Shown piece after piece: positions 9,010 to 21,693 of a stretch of DNA of 64,000 nt. Made by a program: the position numbers and the translations under genes. The notes beneath the pieces were generated by a model. It saw only the letters and a list, made by a program, of their open reading frames with translations, ran no database searches and was not told the DNA's origin. How positions within the stretch are numbered: the stretch's first letter is position 1; the number at the start of each line of letters is the position of its first letter. Source of the stretch: an uncultured Chloroflexia bacterium (GTDB lineage Bacteria > Chloroflexota > Limnocylindria > QHBO01); NCBI GenBank assembly GCA_963797855.1, contig CAWCQX010000009.1, forward strand, positions 52,162-116,161, read 5' to 3'.

Positions 9010-10538
9010 AGTTTAGCGCGATCGAGCCGAATCGGCCGGTCATCTCCGGGCCCGGCGGGATGCCGAGGAGCTCGCAGAGGGTCGGCGCCACGTCGGCCAG
9101 CTCGCCGTCGCGAAGCCGTGAGCCGCGGCATGCTCCTCGGACACGAGGACGAGCGGGACCGGCGAGGTCGTGTGCTTCGTCTGCGGGTCGCCGGCTCGCG
9201 TCGCGCATCTCCTCGATGTTGCCGTGGTCCGCGGTGATGACGAGCGCCGCGCCCTCGCCGAGCGCCGCGCGCGACAGGCGCCCGAGGCACCCGTCGAGGA
9301 CGTTCGCGGCCTCGACCGCGGCCGACCACACGCCGGTGTGGCCGACCATGTCGGCGTTCGCGTAGTTGGCGACGATGAAGTCGTGCTCGTGCCGGCCGAG
9401 GGCCTCGACGAGCGCATCGGTGATCGGTCCGGCGCTCATCTCCGGCGCGAGGTCGTAGGTCGGCACCTCGCGGTTCGACGGCACGAGGATGCGGTCCTCG
9501 CCGGGAAACGGCTCCTCGACACCGCCGTTGAAGAAGTACGTGACGTGCGCGTACTTCTCGGTCTCGGCGACGTGGAGCTGGCGCTTTCCGAGGCGCGACA
9601 GGTGCGCCGCCAGCGAGTCGATCACGAGCGGCGGGAAGGCGACCGCCACCGGCAGCTCGTCGGGAGCCTGGTACTCGGTCAGGGTCGTGACGTCGAAGGC
9701 GCCGGCGCCGCCACGGTCGAACCGATCGAAGTCCGGCTGCGCCAGCGCGTGGGTCAGCTGCCGCGCCCGGTCGGCGCGGAAGTTCAGGTGCACGACGCCG
9801 TCGCCGGGCTCGCATCGGCGCGGCGTCGGCGATCAGGGTCGGCTGGATGAACTCGTCGCCCTCGTCACGCTCGTACGCGTCGGCGATGGCCGCTGCCGCG
9901 GTCGGGCGCGCGGAGGCCGGTCCCGTGGACGATCGCGTCGTACGCGCGCTTCGTCCGATCCCAGCGGCGGTCGCGGTCCATGGCCCAGTAGCGGCCGGTG
10001 ACCGTCGCGACGCCGCGCGCGCCCGTCGAATCGCGTCTCGAGCTCGGGGAGGAACGCGTCGGCCGAGCGCGGCGGCGTGTCGCGCCCATCGGTGAAGGCG
10101 TGGAAGCGGACGCGCTCCGGCGGCAGGCCCGACCGATGGGCCAGCTCGACCATGGCGACGAGGTGCTCGTCGACGGCGTGGACCCCGCCGGGGCCGACGA
10201 GGCCCATGAGGTGGAGGCTGGCCGCCGCGCTCCGCGACCCGCAGGCAGGCCGCGTTCAGCGCCGCGTTGTCGAAGAACGAGCCGTCGGCGATGGCCGCGC
10301 TGATCCGCGGCAGGTCCTGGAGGACGCGGAACCCCGCGCCGAGGTTGAGGTGGCCGACCTCGCTGTTGCCCATCTGCCCGGCGGGCAGGCCGACGGCCTC
10401 GCCGGACGCCTCCAGCCGGCTGTGCGGCCACTCGGCGAGCAGCCGGTTCCAGTTCCACATCGGCGCCGCGAGCAGCGCGTTGCGCGACGGGTCGTCGTTC
10501 AGCCCGAACCCGTCGAGCACGACGAGGACGACGGTCAC
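9010..10538 (-). CDS. gpmI: 2,3-bisphosphoglycerate-independent phosphoglycerate mutase (multiply frameshifted)
   Basis: iPGM segments found across three frames: [13 protein letters not shown]...[13 protein letters not shown]; [18 protein letters not shown]...[14 protein letters not shown]; [22 protein letters not shown]; [11 protein letters not shown]...[21 protein letters not shown]. At least four frame changes needed. Confidence 0.7.
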
Positions 10539-11290
10539 GCGGCGGACGCGGCCGATGCGGCGCGGACGATCGCCGCGAAGACGTCCGGCTTCAGCGACGC
10601 GCCGCCGACCAGGGCGCCGTCGATGTCCGGCTGGGTGAAGAACTCGGCGGCGTTCGCGTCGGTCACGCTGCCGCCGTACTGGATCGGGACCTCGTCGGCG
10701 GCCGACGGGTCGAGCTCGCGCAGGAGGCCGCGGATCAGGGCCGCGACCGCCTGGGCGTCGTCGCCGGTGGCGGCGTCGCCCGTGCCGATCGCCCAGACCG
10801 GCTCGTACGCGATCACCAGGCCGGTCCCGCCGAGCCGGTCGAGCCCGGCCAGCGCGGCGCGAACCTGGCGCTCGACGACCGCCTCGGTCTGGCCCGCACG
10901 CCGCTCCTCGGCCCGCTCCCCCACCGCGGCGATCGGATCGAGGCCGTGGGCGACGGCGCTGGCGACCTTCCGGCCGACCGCGCTCGTCGGTCTCGCCGTC
11001 GTACTGGCGGCGCTCCGAGTGGCCGAGGATGACGTACGTGCGCGATCGCCGGCGAGCATCAGCGGGCTCGTCTCGCCGGTGAACGCGCCGCGCTCCTCGT
11101 CGTGCATCGTCTGCGCACCGATGTGGACCCCCGGCGACGGCGCGCGCGACGTCGCGCAGCCAGATCGTCGGGCGGGCAGATCACCGTGGTGACCAGCGGT
11201 GACTCGGCTGCGGCGACCTCGACCGCCTCGGCGAGGGCGATCGCCTCGTCCGACCGTTGGCGGGTTCATCTTCCAGTTGCCGGCGACGAC
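10535..11290 (-). CDS. tpiA: triosephosphate isomerase (internal frameshifts)
   Basis: [13 protein letters not shown]..., ...AFTGETSP..., ...[12 protein letters not shown]... and ...IQYGGSV... motifs present. Two internal stretches are out of frame. Confidence 0.75.
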   Translation of the reverse strand, partial: VVAGNWKMNPPTVGRGDRPRRGGRGRRSRVTAGHHGDLPARRSGCATSRAPSPGVHIGAQTMHDEERGAFTGETSPLMLAGDRARTSSSATRSAASTTARPTSAVGRKVASAVAHGLDPIAAVGERAEERRAGQTEAVVERQVRAALAGLDRLGGTGLVIAYEPVWAIGTGDAATGDDAQAVAALIRGLLRELDPSAADEVPIQYGGSVTDANAAEFFTQPDIDGALVGGASLKPDVFAAIVRAASAASAA

Positions 11291-11301
11291 CGGTCGGCGC
11301 A

Positions 11302-12175
11302 TCAGTGCTCCTCGGGGCTGGCCAGCTCGACGAGCCGGCGCAGGCGATGGTTCACGGCCGATCGGCTCACGCCGAGCGCCGCGCCAAGCGTATCGAGGTC
11401 GGCGTCCGGCATGCGGCGCCGCATCGCGGCCGTCTCCCGCAGGGCCGGCGCCAGGGCGGCAAGCCCGCCATCGGCCTCGAGCCGATCGATCGCCGAGAGC
11501 TGGCGGTCGGCCGCGCGGACGGTGCGCCCGAGGTTCGCCTCCTCCGCGTTGAGCAGCCGGTTCAGGCGGGCGCGCACGTCGCGCCCGACGCGGTGGGTCT
11601 CGAGCTCGAGCACGCCGCGGTTCGCGCCGACCAGGCGCAGGAGCGCGACGATCTCCTCCTGGCCCTTCAGGTAGACGACGTGGCGGCCGCGCCGCTCCGT
11701 TCGGAGGGCCCGCACCTCCAGCGAGGCGAGCGCGGCCTGGAGCTCCTGCGGCCGCCGTGCGGTCGGCGCAGGACGAACTCGACGTGCGGGCCGGTGGCGC
11801 CGAACGAGATCGAGCCGGAGCCGAGCAGCACGCCGCGGAGGAAGGCGCGACGGTCGCAGGCCGGCGCCGCGTCCCACGACCACGCGCCGAGTGCCGTCGC
11901 GGTCGAGCTCGACGACGAGGTGGTGGCGCGCCCCGACCCGCGCCCGGTCCGGCGCGACCGCCCGCGGCGACGCGACCGGCAGCCCGAGCGAGCTCGCCAG
12001 GTGGACCGCGGTCCGGGCGGTGGCGTGGTCGAGCGTGCGCAGACGAGCCTCGCGAGGAGCCGTGCAGCAGGCCGATCAGCTCCGCGCGCCGATCGCAGGC
12101 TCGCGCCGGCTGGATGCGAGCCAGCTCGCCCTTGACCTCGCCGGCCAGGAGCACCGCGACGGTCAGGAGGCGGTG
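11302..12175 (-). CDS. whiA: probable cell division protein WhiA (frameshifted)
   Basis: C-terminal HTH region intact (HVVYLKGQEEIVALLRLVGA...SAVNHRLRRLVELA). N-terminal AEVKDEL-like segment (LLAGEVKGELARI) lies in another frame. Confidence 0.68.
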
Positions 12176-12179
12176 GCCG

Positions 12180-13488
12180 CCTGGCGGCCGATGCGGCGCT
12201 GAGCGCGGCCGCGCGATCCGGTCCTCCTGCTGGAGGCGCATGAGCGCCGCCGCGAGCTTGGCGGGGTCGTGGCGGTGGGCGTTGGCGGGGTCGATGACGT
12301 CCTCCTCGACGATGACGACCGGCAGCTCCTCGAGCCGGCGGACGTCGACCTCGACCGGCTCGGCGCGCCAGCCCTCGGGGCGGCGCGCATCGGTGTTGCG
12401 GTTGAGGATGACGTAGTCGATCAGGTCCTCGCCGACGTGGTCGAAGAGCGCCTCGAGGTGCTCCGATGCGGTCATCGACTCGGTCTCGCCCGGGCTGGGT
12501 CGCGACGTTGCAGACGTAGGCCTTGAGCCCGGGCGCGGCGGCGAGCGCGTCGCGGACGTCGCGAGATCAGCAGGTTCGGCAGCACGCTGCTGAACAGCGA
12601 CCCGGGCCGAGGACGATCATCTCCGCCTCGAGGATCCGCTCGAGCGCCTCGCCGTTGGCCCGCACGTCGGCCGGCTCGATGAAGACCTGCTCGATCGGCT
12701 CGTCGGCCGTCGCGATCCCGACCTGGCCGTAGAGCGTGCCGCCCCGAGGCGAGCCGCGCCGACAGGTTGAGCGGGACGCTCGTGGCGGGCAGCACCTGGC
12801 CGCGCACGGCGAGCACGCGGTTCGACTCGCGCACCGCCTCCTCGAAGTCGCCGGTCACGGCGGTCATGGCGGCGATGAACAGGTTGCCGAAGGCGTGGTC
12901 GTCGAGGCCGGAGCCCGGCGGGAAGCGGTACTGCATGAGCTGGGTCATCAGCGGCTCGGCGTCGGCGAGCGCGGCGATGCAGTTGCGGATGTCGCCGGGC
13001 GGGACGATCCCGAGCTGCTGGCGCAGCCGGCCGCTGCTGCCGCCGTCGTCGGCGACGGTCACGACCGCCGTGATGTTGGCGCTGTACCCCTTGAGCCCGC
13101 GCAGCAGCGTCGAGAGGCCGGTGCCGCCGCCGATCGCGACGATCCTCGGCCCGCGCGCCAGGTAGCGCTTCGTGTACAGCACCTCGAGGACGCTGTCGTT
13201 GCGGCCGACGAAGGGCGACACGACCGAGCGCATCAGGCCCCACATGCCGATGCCGGTCAGCGCGAGCCCGAGCGCGGCCACCAGCGCGGCCCGGACCTCC
13301 GGCTCGAGCCAGGCGCCGGTGAGCCAGTACACGATCGCGATCTCGTCCGCCGCGTTCGTCCGGTACAGGTCGCGGATGAAGATCGCGGCGCCGAGCCCGA
13401 GGATGACGATCCCGACCAGGAGCAGGACCAGCCAGCGCTTGATGTGCATCCCCGGGTAGAGCCAGCGCGGGAGCCGTCGACCCTTCAT
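12180..13488 (-). CDS. gluconeogenesis factor / YvcK (UPF0052, CofD-like) family protein with N-terminal membrane extension (frameshifted)
   Basis: IVAIGGGTGLSTLLRGLK...VVTVADDGGSSGRLRQQLGIVPPGDIRNC... in frame 12472-13488. C-terminal DLIDYVILNR...DPANAHRHDPAKLAAAL in another frame. Confidence 0.65.
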
Positions 13489-13533
13489 CGCTCGAGCTCC
13501 CGGTGGAAGACCGTGACGGACACGTCCGGCAGC

Positions 13534-14400
13534 TCACCGAGGCGCTCGCGCGAGCTCCTCGGCCAGGGCGATCGAGCGGTGGAAGCCGCCGGTGCAGCCG
13601 AGCGCGATCCGCAGCTGCTCCTTGCCCTCGGCGCGGTACGCCGGCGCGGTGAGGGTCAGGAGCTCGGTGACGAGCTCGAGGAACCGATTCGCCGTCGGCT
13701 GCTGGAGGACGAAGTCGCGGACCTTCGTCTCCTTGCCGGAGAGCGGCTTCAGCTCCGGGTCCCAGTACGGGTTCGTCAGGAAGCGGACGTCGAAGACGAG
13801 GTCGGCCTCGAGCGGGATCCCGTACTTGTAGCCGAAGGTGACGATGTCGACCCGAAGCTCGTTCCTCGTCGCGGTGTGCGGGCACGAGCGACCAGAGCCG
13901 GTCCTTGAGCTGGCCGATCGAGAGGCCCGAGGTGTCGACGACGTGATCGGCCAGCTCGCGGGTCCGCGCCAGGCGCCGGCGCTCCTCGGCGATCGACGCC
14001 TCCACCCCGCTCCGTGCCTCGAGCGGATGGCGGTGCCGCGTCTCGCTGAAGCGGTTGACGAGGTCTCGTCGCTGGCCTCGAGGAAGATCACCTCGAAGAC
14101 GGGCCGGTCGCCGTCGAGCGCCGCCGCCGCGCGCTCGATCGCCGGCGCCGGGTCACCGGCGCGGATGTCGAGGACGAGGGCGGAGCGCCGGTATCGGTCG
14201 CGGTCCTCGCGACGGAGGGCCAGGAAGTCCTCGAGCAGCGCTGGCGGCAGGTTGTCGACGACCGAGTAGCCGAGGTCCTCGAACAGCTTGCTGGCCTGGC
14301 TCTTGCCGGCGCCGGAGAGGCCGCTGATGACCAGCAGGTGGTCGAGCTCGGCGTCGGAGCGCAGCGCGGCAGGGTCCCCGTCGCTGCTCGCCCGCGGATC
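13534..14400 (-). CDS. rapZ: RNase adapter protein RapZ (YvcJ family P-loop NTPase; frameshifted)
   Basis: P-loop LVISGLSGAGKSQASKLFEDLGYSVVDNLPP. C-terminal domain ...LRVDIVTFGYKYGIPLEADLVFDVRFLTNPYWDPELKP...ALGCTGGFHRSIALAEEL. Middle segment in a third frame. Confidence 0.7.
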   Translation of the reverse strand, partial: DPRASSDGDPAALRSDAELDHLLVISGLSGAGKSQASKLFEDLGYSVVDNLPPALLEDFLALRREDRDRYRRSALVLDIRAGDPAPAIERAAAALDGDRPVFEVIFLEASDETSSTASARRGTAIRSRHGAGWRRRSPRSAGAWRGPASWPITSSTPRASRSASSRTGSGRSCPHTATRNELRVDIVTFGYKYGIPLEADLVFDVRFLTNPYWDPELKPLSGKETKVRDFVLQQPTANRFLELVTELLTLTAPAYRAEGKEQLRIALGCTGGFHRSIALAEELARAPR

Positions 14401-15261
14401 GGGCGTGGTCTCGGTGGGCGTGGTGCTCGCCACGATCCCCTCCATGCTCGAACGCGCTCCGAGTATAGCCGCGGTCACGCTCGATCCCGGCCGTCGAGGA
14501 GGCCGCGAACCGTCGCGGCGACCGAGCGCGCGGAGCGCATCGAGGTCGTAGCCGCCCTCGAGCGTCAGCGCGACGCCGCGGCAGCCCGAGCCGGGACGGC
14601 GGTCGCGCCGAGAGCCGCGCGACCTCCTCGAATCCCGCCTCGGTGACCGCGAGCTGCGCGAGCGGGTCGGCCGCGTGCGCGTCGTATCCCGCCGAAACGA
14701 GGATCGCCTCCGGGCCGAACGCCTCGATCGCCGGGAGCAGCTCGTCCCTCCAGGCCGCGACGAAGGCCTCGTCCCCCTCGCCGGCGGCGAGCGGACGGTT
14801 GTGCGCGATGCCGCCCGGCGTCGTCGGCCGCGGCGCCGGTGCCCGGATAGAACGGGTACTGGTGGGTCGAGGCGTAGATGAGGTCGGGATCGCCGTCGAA
14901 GATCGCCTGCGGTTCCGTTGCCGTGGTGGACGTCCCAGTCGACGATCGCGACCCGCCGAGCGGCGCCGTCGGCGCGCAGCGCCGCGACCGCGATCGCGAC
15001 GTGGTTGAGCAGGCAGAATCCGCTCCCGCGATCGCGACGGGCGTGGTGGCCCGGCGGGCGGACGGCGGCGAACGCGACCTCGGCCTCCCCGGCGACCGCC
15101 GCGCGCGCCGCATGGATCGTCGCCCCGGCAGCGAGCCGCGCCGCCTCCATGGATCCGGGCACGAGGTACGTGTCCGGGTCGAGCCACCCGCCGCCGCGCG
15201 CCTCGGCATCGGCGAGCGCGGCGACGTAGTCCGGGTCGTGGACGCGCGTCAGCGTCCGCAT
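14400..15261 (-). CDS. histone deacetylase / acetoin-utilisation AcuC-like family protein (multiply frameshifted)
   Basis: HDAC motifs spread over three frames: RPPGHHA...GFCLLNHVAIA...IVDWDVHHGNGT; ...YASTHQYPFYPGTG...; ...ILVSAGYDAHAADPLAQLAVTEAGF. Confidence 0.55.
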
Positions 15262-15423
15262 CGGTGGCCGGCTCGGCGATCTCCTCGACGAGGCGGCCGC
15301 CGGCGGCATCGCGAACGCCGGCCGCCGCCGCCTCGCGCCGCGCGGGGCGCTCGGGATGGCCCGGCGACGGCGTGCGCATCGATGCGCGCATCGGTCAGGA
15401 GCAGGACGGAGCCGGGCACCGGC

Positions 15424-16140
15424 GAGCGCTATCGGCCCATCATCCGGATCAGCTGCAGCGTGATCTCGAAGAGCCCGTACATGACGATCGCGAGCGTGAA
15501 CGAGCTGATCACGAGGTCGCCCGGGGTGATGACGATCGCGAACAGCACGATCAGCAGGACCACGCAGCGCCGGCGGCTCGACGAGGAAGGCGTAGCTGAG
15601 GATGCCGACGCGCGCCAGCAGGTAGAGGATGACCGGGAACTGGAGGGCGATGCCGAAGGCGAGCAGGAAGGTCGTCACGAAGCCGATGTAGTCGGCGAGG
15701 CCCAGCAGCGGCTGGACGCCCTGCAGCGAGAAGTCGAGGAGGAAGCCGACCGCCAGCGGGATGAGGAGGTAGCCGAGCGCCACGCCCGCGGCGAACAGGA
15801 TGACCGCCGCGATCAGCAGCGGCCACACCAGGCGGCGCTCCGGACGCGTCAGGCCCGGCGTCACGAAGGCCCAGATCTCGTAGAGGATCACCGGCATCGC
15901 GAACGCGACGCCGCACATGAGCGCGAGCTGCAGCCGGACGCTGAACGCCTCGCCGACGTTCGTCTGGATGAGCTCGGCGCCGCTGTCCTCGAGCGGGGCC
16001 CGCAGCAGCGTGATGATCGGGTCGGCGAGGAAGAAGCCGGCGATCGCCGCGACGAGCACGGCGATGGCGATGACGATGATGCGGCTTCGCAGCTCCTCGA
16101 GGTGCTCGAGGAGGCTCATCGTGGCGTCGTCGCGGGTCAT
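15424..16140 (-). CDS. tatC: Sec-independent protein translocase TatC (one frameshift)
   Basis: MSLLEHLEELRSRIIV... with six TM helices. C-terminal ...LLIVLFAIVITPGDLVISSFTLAIVMYGLFEITLQLIRMMGR-stop recovered in a second frame. Confidence 0.75.
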
Positions 16141-16192
16141 CGCGACCGACGCATCACGTCACGCGGGCGCCGAGGCCCGGCCGTCACCCCCG

Positions 16193-16420
16193 TCAGTGAG
16201 TGCGGTCCGAACCGTCGCCCGGAGGCGGCTCCTCCGCTGGCGCTGTCGCGGGCGTCTTCGGCTCGCCGCGCACCGACTCTTCCAGATCGCTGGAGGCCTT
16301 GCGGAACTCGCGGATCCCCTTCCCGACGGCGTTGCCGATATCGGGCAGCTTGCCGGGGCCGAAGATGATCAGGACGATCACCAGCAGCAGGATGAGCTCC
16401 CTCGGTCCGGGAACCGGCAT
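16193..16420 (-). CDS. tatA: Sec-independent protein translocase TatA/E
   Basis: [42 protein letters not shown]... preceded by GGAGGT SD. Upstream of tatC. Confidence 0.82.
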   Translation of the reverse strand: MPVPGPRELILLLVIVLIIFGPGKLPDIGNAVGKGIREFRKASSDLEESVRGEPKTPATAPAEEPPPGDGSDRTH

Positions 16421-16429
16421 CTCTTCAGA

Positions 16430-17283
16430 TACCTCCGATCTTTGCCGTTCGAACGGGGCTGGCCGTCGAGTGTAGCACCGCCTCCGCCAGCGAGCGACGA
16501 ATGGACCGATGCGGCCGCCGCCGCGGCCGCCCGCCAGTCCGCGCCGCGCGACGCCAGCGCGATGCCCGCGACACGTTGACGAGGCCCGGCGCCCACGCTC
16601 CCGTCGGCCGCGCGCGCGGCCGCGCCAGGTCGCCGCCCTGCGCGCCGACGCCCGGGACCAGGAAGCCGGGCCCGGGACCGCCTCGCGCAGTCGCGCCAGC
16701 TCGTCGGGAGCGGTCGCGCCAACGACGAGGCCGACGCGGCCATCCGTCCAGCGCTCCGCGGCCCAGCGCGCGACCTGCAGGTGGACCGGCTCGCCGTCGG
16801 CCACGAGCGCCTGGAAGCGGCCGGCCGACGGGTTGCTCGTGCGGGCCAGGACGTAGACGAGCCGGTCCCGCGTCGCGAGGAACGGCTCGATCGGCGTCCT
16901 CGCCGAGGTACGGCGAGAGGGTGACGGCGTCGGCGTCGAGGTGGCCGAAGAGCGCGGCGGCGTACCGCTCGGCGGTCGTCCGATGTCGCCGCGCTTCGCG
17001 TCGAGGATGCAGGGGACGTCGCGCGGGCACGTCGGCGCGGGTCCGCTCGAGCGCCGCCCAGCCGGCCGACCCGAAGGCCTCGAAGAAGGCGACGTTGATC
17101 TTCACCGCGCACGCGTGCGGCGCGGCCGCCTCGATCAGGCCGCGCGCGAACGTCTCGATGCCCTCGACCGTCGGCGGCAGGCCCTCCGGCAGCGCGTCGG
17201 GATGCGGGTCGATGCCGAGGCAGAGCGGCGAGCCGACCGCCGCGCGACGTGCCCGCAGCCGCTCGAGGGCGGTGCCGCTCATC
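16430..17283 (-). CDS. pyrF: orotidine 5'-phosphate decarboxylase, type 2 (frameshifted)
   Basis: ...LCLGIDPHP...[13 protein letters not shown]...[11 protein letters not shown]...[11 protein letters not shown]... in frame 16425-18044. C-terminal segment in frame 16193-16804. Confidence 0.6.
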
Positions 17284-17289
17284 CCGCCC

Positions 17290-19037
17290 GGGCCAGCGAC
17301 GGGCGGCAGGCGGCGCGCCACCAGCGGGCTCGACGACCGGTGGGCGAAGTCGACGACCCGGAGCCGCAGCCGGGGCATCCCGCCGAAGTCGTCGCGCTCG
17401 AGCGTGCCGACGAGGTCGACCTCGTCTCCCGGCTCCGGCAGCGGCCGCTCCGGCTCGAGGCCGAAGGCGATGGCGTCGAAGGTCTCGAGGCCCTCGGCGC
17501 ATCCGGAGGGCGACGTGCTGCTCCGTCGGCGCCGACGCGGCGCGCCTCGGTGAGCACCATGCCGGTGACCGCCAGGACCGGCTCGACGTGGCCCGGCCCG
17601 TACGGCGCGAGGCGGGCGAGCTCGTCGGCGAGCGTCCAGTCGAGGTAGGCGTGCCGGCAGCACGAGATCGACGACGCTCGGCCCGGGTCGTTCCGCCTCG
17701 GCCGCGGCATCCGCGGGAAACGGTCGCGGCAGTGCGGCGAAGGCGGCCGAGAACTCCGCCCACGACTCGGGCAGGAGGCTGAAGCCGCCTGCCGCCGCAT
17801 GCCCGCCGCGCTTGGTCAGGAGCGCGGCGCAGGCCTCGAGCGCCGCGGCGACGTGGAAGTCGGTGGGCGCCCGCACCGAGCCGCGGACCTCGTCGCCGAC
17901 GAGCGTCGCCGCCGCGACCGGGCGAGCGAGGCTGTCGGCGAGGCGACCGGCGACGAGGCCGACGAGCCCCGGCGCCCAGGCGTCGTCGCGCACGAGCAGC
18001 GGGCCCGATCCCGCGCTCCGCCGCGACGAGCGCCGGCGCCGCATCGACGGCCTGCTTCGTCAGCTCGCGGCGGCGCTCGTGGACCTCCTCGAGCTCGGCG
18101 GCCAGCTCCTCGGCGCGGATCGGGATCCTCCTCGAGCAGCAGCGTGATGGCCAGCTCGGCGTCGGCGATGCGACCGGCGGCGTTGATGCGGGGCACGACC
18201 CCGAAGGCGAGGTCGCGGGCCGTCGGCTGCGCCGGCACGTCGCAGCCGCGCGAGCAGGAGCGCGCGGAGGCCCGGCGTGCGTCGTCGTGCGCGAGCTCCT
18301 CGAGGCCGAGCCGGACGATCGCCCGGCTCTCGCCGGTCATCGGTGCCAGGTCGGCGACCGTGCCGATGGCCGCGATGGCCGCCAGCCCGTCGGCCGCGAC
18401 GCCGTGCCGGTCGAGCAGCGCCGCGGCGAGCTTGTACGACAGACCGGCGCCGGTGAGGTCGGGATCGGGATAGGCGCAGTCGGGGCGATGCGGGTCGACG
18501 ACCGCGACCGCCCGCGGCAGGACGGCGGGCGGCAGGTGGTGGTCGGTGATGACGACGTCGAGCCCGATCGCTCGCGCGACGTCGACCTCGGCCACGTTCG
18601 TGACCCCGCAGTCGCAGGTGATCGACGAGGGTCACGCCGCGCGACGCGAGGTCGCGCAGCCCCGACTCGGACAGGCCGTAGCCCTCGGCCAGGCGCGAGG
18701 GAACGTAGCGGACCGGATCGGCGCCGAGCGCGCCGCAGCGCGGTGACCCACACGACGATCGCGGTCATGCCGTCGGCGTCGTAGTCGCCCCAGATGGCGA
18801 TCCGCTCCCCCGCCTGCGAGCGCCGCATCGATGCGGTCGAGCGCCACGCTCCGCATCGGCCATGCGCGAGAGGTCGTGGAGCGCGCCGGCGCCGGCCTGG
18901 AGGAAGCGCTGGAGCTGGTCATCGGTCCGGAAGCCGCGGCGAGCGAGGAGCGTGGCGACCGGGGCCCCGAATCCGGTGAAGGCCGGCGGCTCCGGCACGG
19001 GCTCCGGCAGCAGCCACTCGAGGCTCGGGACGATCAC
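17290..19037 (-). CDS. recJ: single-stranded-DNA-specific exonuclease RecJ (multiply frameshifted)
   Basis: DHH motif (ERIAIWGDYDADGMTA; VITDHHLPP), DHHA1 (GGHAAAGGFSL) and C-terminal OB region found in four different frames. Confidence 0.65.
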
Positions 19038-20208
19038 CGCGCCATCGTAGCCGCGGCGGCTTCCCCGCCGCTTACGCGTTCCGTTATCGGCGCGTCAGGT
19101 GCGGGCCGGCGTCCTTCGCGCGTGCCTTCCGCCGCGTCCCAGTCGTCCCAGGCCACGAGGATCTGGCTGGCGTTGAAGATCGAGGAGTACGTGCCGCTGA
19201 CGACGCCGAGCAGCAGGGCCAGCGTGAAGGTGCGGATCGTCGGCGGGCCGAGCAGCAGCAGCGCGCCGAGCGTCACGGCGACGGTGAGCGAGGTGATGAT
19301 CGAGCGGCCGATCGTCTGGAGGATCGAGTGGTTGACGATCGCGCCGAACGGCTCCCCGGCGTGCCGGACCCGGTTCTCGCGGATGCGGTCGAAGACCACG
19401 ATCGTGTCGTGGACGCTGAAGCCGATGATCGTCAGCAGCGCGGTCACGAACAGCGCGTCGAACTCGAGGTTGAAGAAGTACCCGAGGATCGCGAACGTGC
19501 CGACCACCAGGATGACGTCGTGCAGCAGCGCCACGATCGCCGCGGTGCCGTAGCGGAACCCGAACCGCATCCACAGGTAGGCGAGGATGAAGAGCTCGCC
19601 GATGATGATCAGGATCGCCGAGCTGCGGATGAGCTCGGCGCCGATGATCGGGCCGACCGTCCGCACGATCCGCGGCTCGCCCGGCCCGAACTCGATCCTC
19701 GAGCTGCTCCTCGACGTCGGCGAACTCGGTGCCCGCGGCGATCGGCCGGGCGTCGCTCGGGCTCGGCGGGTTCGGCCGACGGGGATGCGGACGCCGCCGG
19801 GCTCGCCGAGGCCGCCGCGCTGCGAGCTCGGCCGCTCGCGTCGCGCTCGGGCGACGGGCTCGGCGCTGCCGACGCAGGCGATGGGCTCGCACTGCCGCTG
19901 GCGCGACCGATCCGGACGGCGACGGCTGCGGCGGCGACGGCGGCAGCGAGGTCGATCGGCTCGGTCCGGATGCGCAGGTACCCGCCCGGCAGCTCGGTGA
20001 CGACGACGTCCTCGTATCCGAGCTCGGCCAGGGCGGCCGTCATCTCGGCGGCGGTCGGCTCCTCGGCGTAGCGGACCTCCCACTCGGTCCCACCGGTGAA
20101 GTCGATCGACGGCTTCAGGCCGCCGAGGAAGATGAAGATCAGCCCGGGAATGGTGAGGAGCGCGCTGATGGCGAAGTACCAGTTGCGCTTGCCGACGATG
20201 TCGTACAT
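19034..20208 (-). CDS. secF: protein-export membrane protein SecF (one frameshift; Ala/Ser/Pro-rich insert)
   Basis: MYDIVGKRNWYFAISALLTIPGLIFIF...; ...VGPIIGAELIRSSAILIIIGELFILAYLWMRF...FSVHDTIVVFDRIREN.... Confidence 0.75.
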
Positions 20209-20211
20209 CGG

Positions 20212-21615
20212 TCTAGCGCTCCACGTGGTAGAGCTCGATGCCGGCGGCCCCAGCTCGTGCGGGTGACGCAGCGCAGCATCGTGCGGGTGACCGTGACGGC
20301 GCTGAACATGCTGACCAGCACGCCGACGATCAGGACGAGCGCGAAGCCGCTGCACGACCGTCGTCCCCTGCCAGTACAGCCAGCCGGCGACGAGGAGGCG
20401 AGCTGACGTTCGAGTCGAGGATGCTCGACCAGGCGCGGTTGAAGCCGGCCTCGATCGCCGGGCCGAGCGTCTTGCCGGCGCGGATCTCCTCCTTCATCCG
20501 CTCGAAGATGAGGATGTTGGCGTCGACCGCCATGCCGATGGAGAGGATGAACGCGGCGACGCCGGCGAGCGTCAGCGTGACGTCGATGATGCGGAAGACC
20601 GCGTAGACGACGAGCGTGTAGAAGATCAGCGCGATCGCCGCCAGCACGCCCGGCAGCCGGTAGTAGGCGATCATGAAGAGCAGGACCAGGAACAGGCCGA
20701 CCGCGCCGGCGACGAGCGCCTGGGCCAGGAAGTCGGCGCCGAGCGTGGGAGCGACAGTCTCGACGCCCTGCTCGCTCAGCGAGATCGGCAGCGCGCCGAA
20801 GCGCAGCGTGTTGTAGAGGTTCGTGCGCTCGGCCTCGTTCGCCGGGTCTGCGGGCCCGACGGTGATGATCGTCTTGCCGCCGCAGATCGGCGTCGTTGAT
20901 GGTCGGGGTCGTGATGACCTCGCCGTCGAGGGCGATCGGCCCGGGCCGGTCGACGTTCGCCGTCGTGAACTGGCACCAGATGTCGCTCGCCTCGTCGCTG
21001 AGGCTGAACTGGACGCCGATGAGGTTGCCCGTCGACGGCCGGCGCGACGCTCGCCGGCGTCGATCTCGCCGCCGTTGAAGAGCACGCGCGACCGTCCCGC
21101 CTCGAGCAGGTCGCTGATGTCCTGGCCCTCGGTGCAGCTGCTGGCCCTGCGGGATCGATGAACTGGAGCTGGCCGGTCGAGCCGACGAGGTCGCGGACCT
21201 GGTCTGGTCGTCGACGCCCGGCACCTCGACGACGATGCGCCGCGACCCGTCGCCGGCGGTCTCGGTGCGCACCTGCGGCTCGGTGACGCCGATGCCGGCG
21301 ACGCGGCGCTCGATGATGTTGCGGGCCGTCTCGAGGTCGGTCGGCGGTGACCGCCTCGCGCTCTGCGGGCTCAGCCTCGAGGGTCACCCGGATGCCGCCC
21401 TGGAGGTCGAGGCCGAGCACGGTGCGGAACTCGGCGCCGGCGACCTCGTCGGGCAGCCAGCCGAGGCCGAGCGTGGTGCGCGGCAGGTCGATGAAGATCG
21501 CCACGAGGGCGATCACCCCGATGACCCACGGGGCGATGCGGCGCCAGGTCATGCTCGGCCGCAGGTCCTCGATCTGCTCGGGGATGTCGTGCTGGCGGCT
21601 GAGCGCCTCGGACAC
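20212..21615 (-). CDS. secD: protein-export membrane protein SecD (multiply frameshifted)
   Basis: N-terminal TM, P1 head (GNLIGVQFSLSDEASDIWCQFTTANVDRPGPIALDGEVITTPTIND) and C-terminal TM bundle (...ILSIGMAVDANILIFERMKEEIRAGK...) in three frames. Confidence 0.7.
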
Positions 21616-21693
21616 GAAACACGCCGCTTCCTAGCGGCGGGCGGCGCAGAGTATAGCGAGTTTCCGGACGCGATGCCGGAGCGGGCCTCCGGT

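Noticed and set aside
13534-16140. 868-aa ORF
   Set aside because: Fusion artefact of tatC, an HDAC-family gene and rapZ produced by frameshifts. Each part matches a different well-known family, and the true tatC stop (15424) is recovered in a shifted frame.
16378-18044. Multiple 350-540-aa ORFs on both strands across pyrF/recJ
   Set aside because: Only the frames with OMP-decarboxylase and DHH/DHHA1 motifs are credible. The others are GC-driven open frames.
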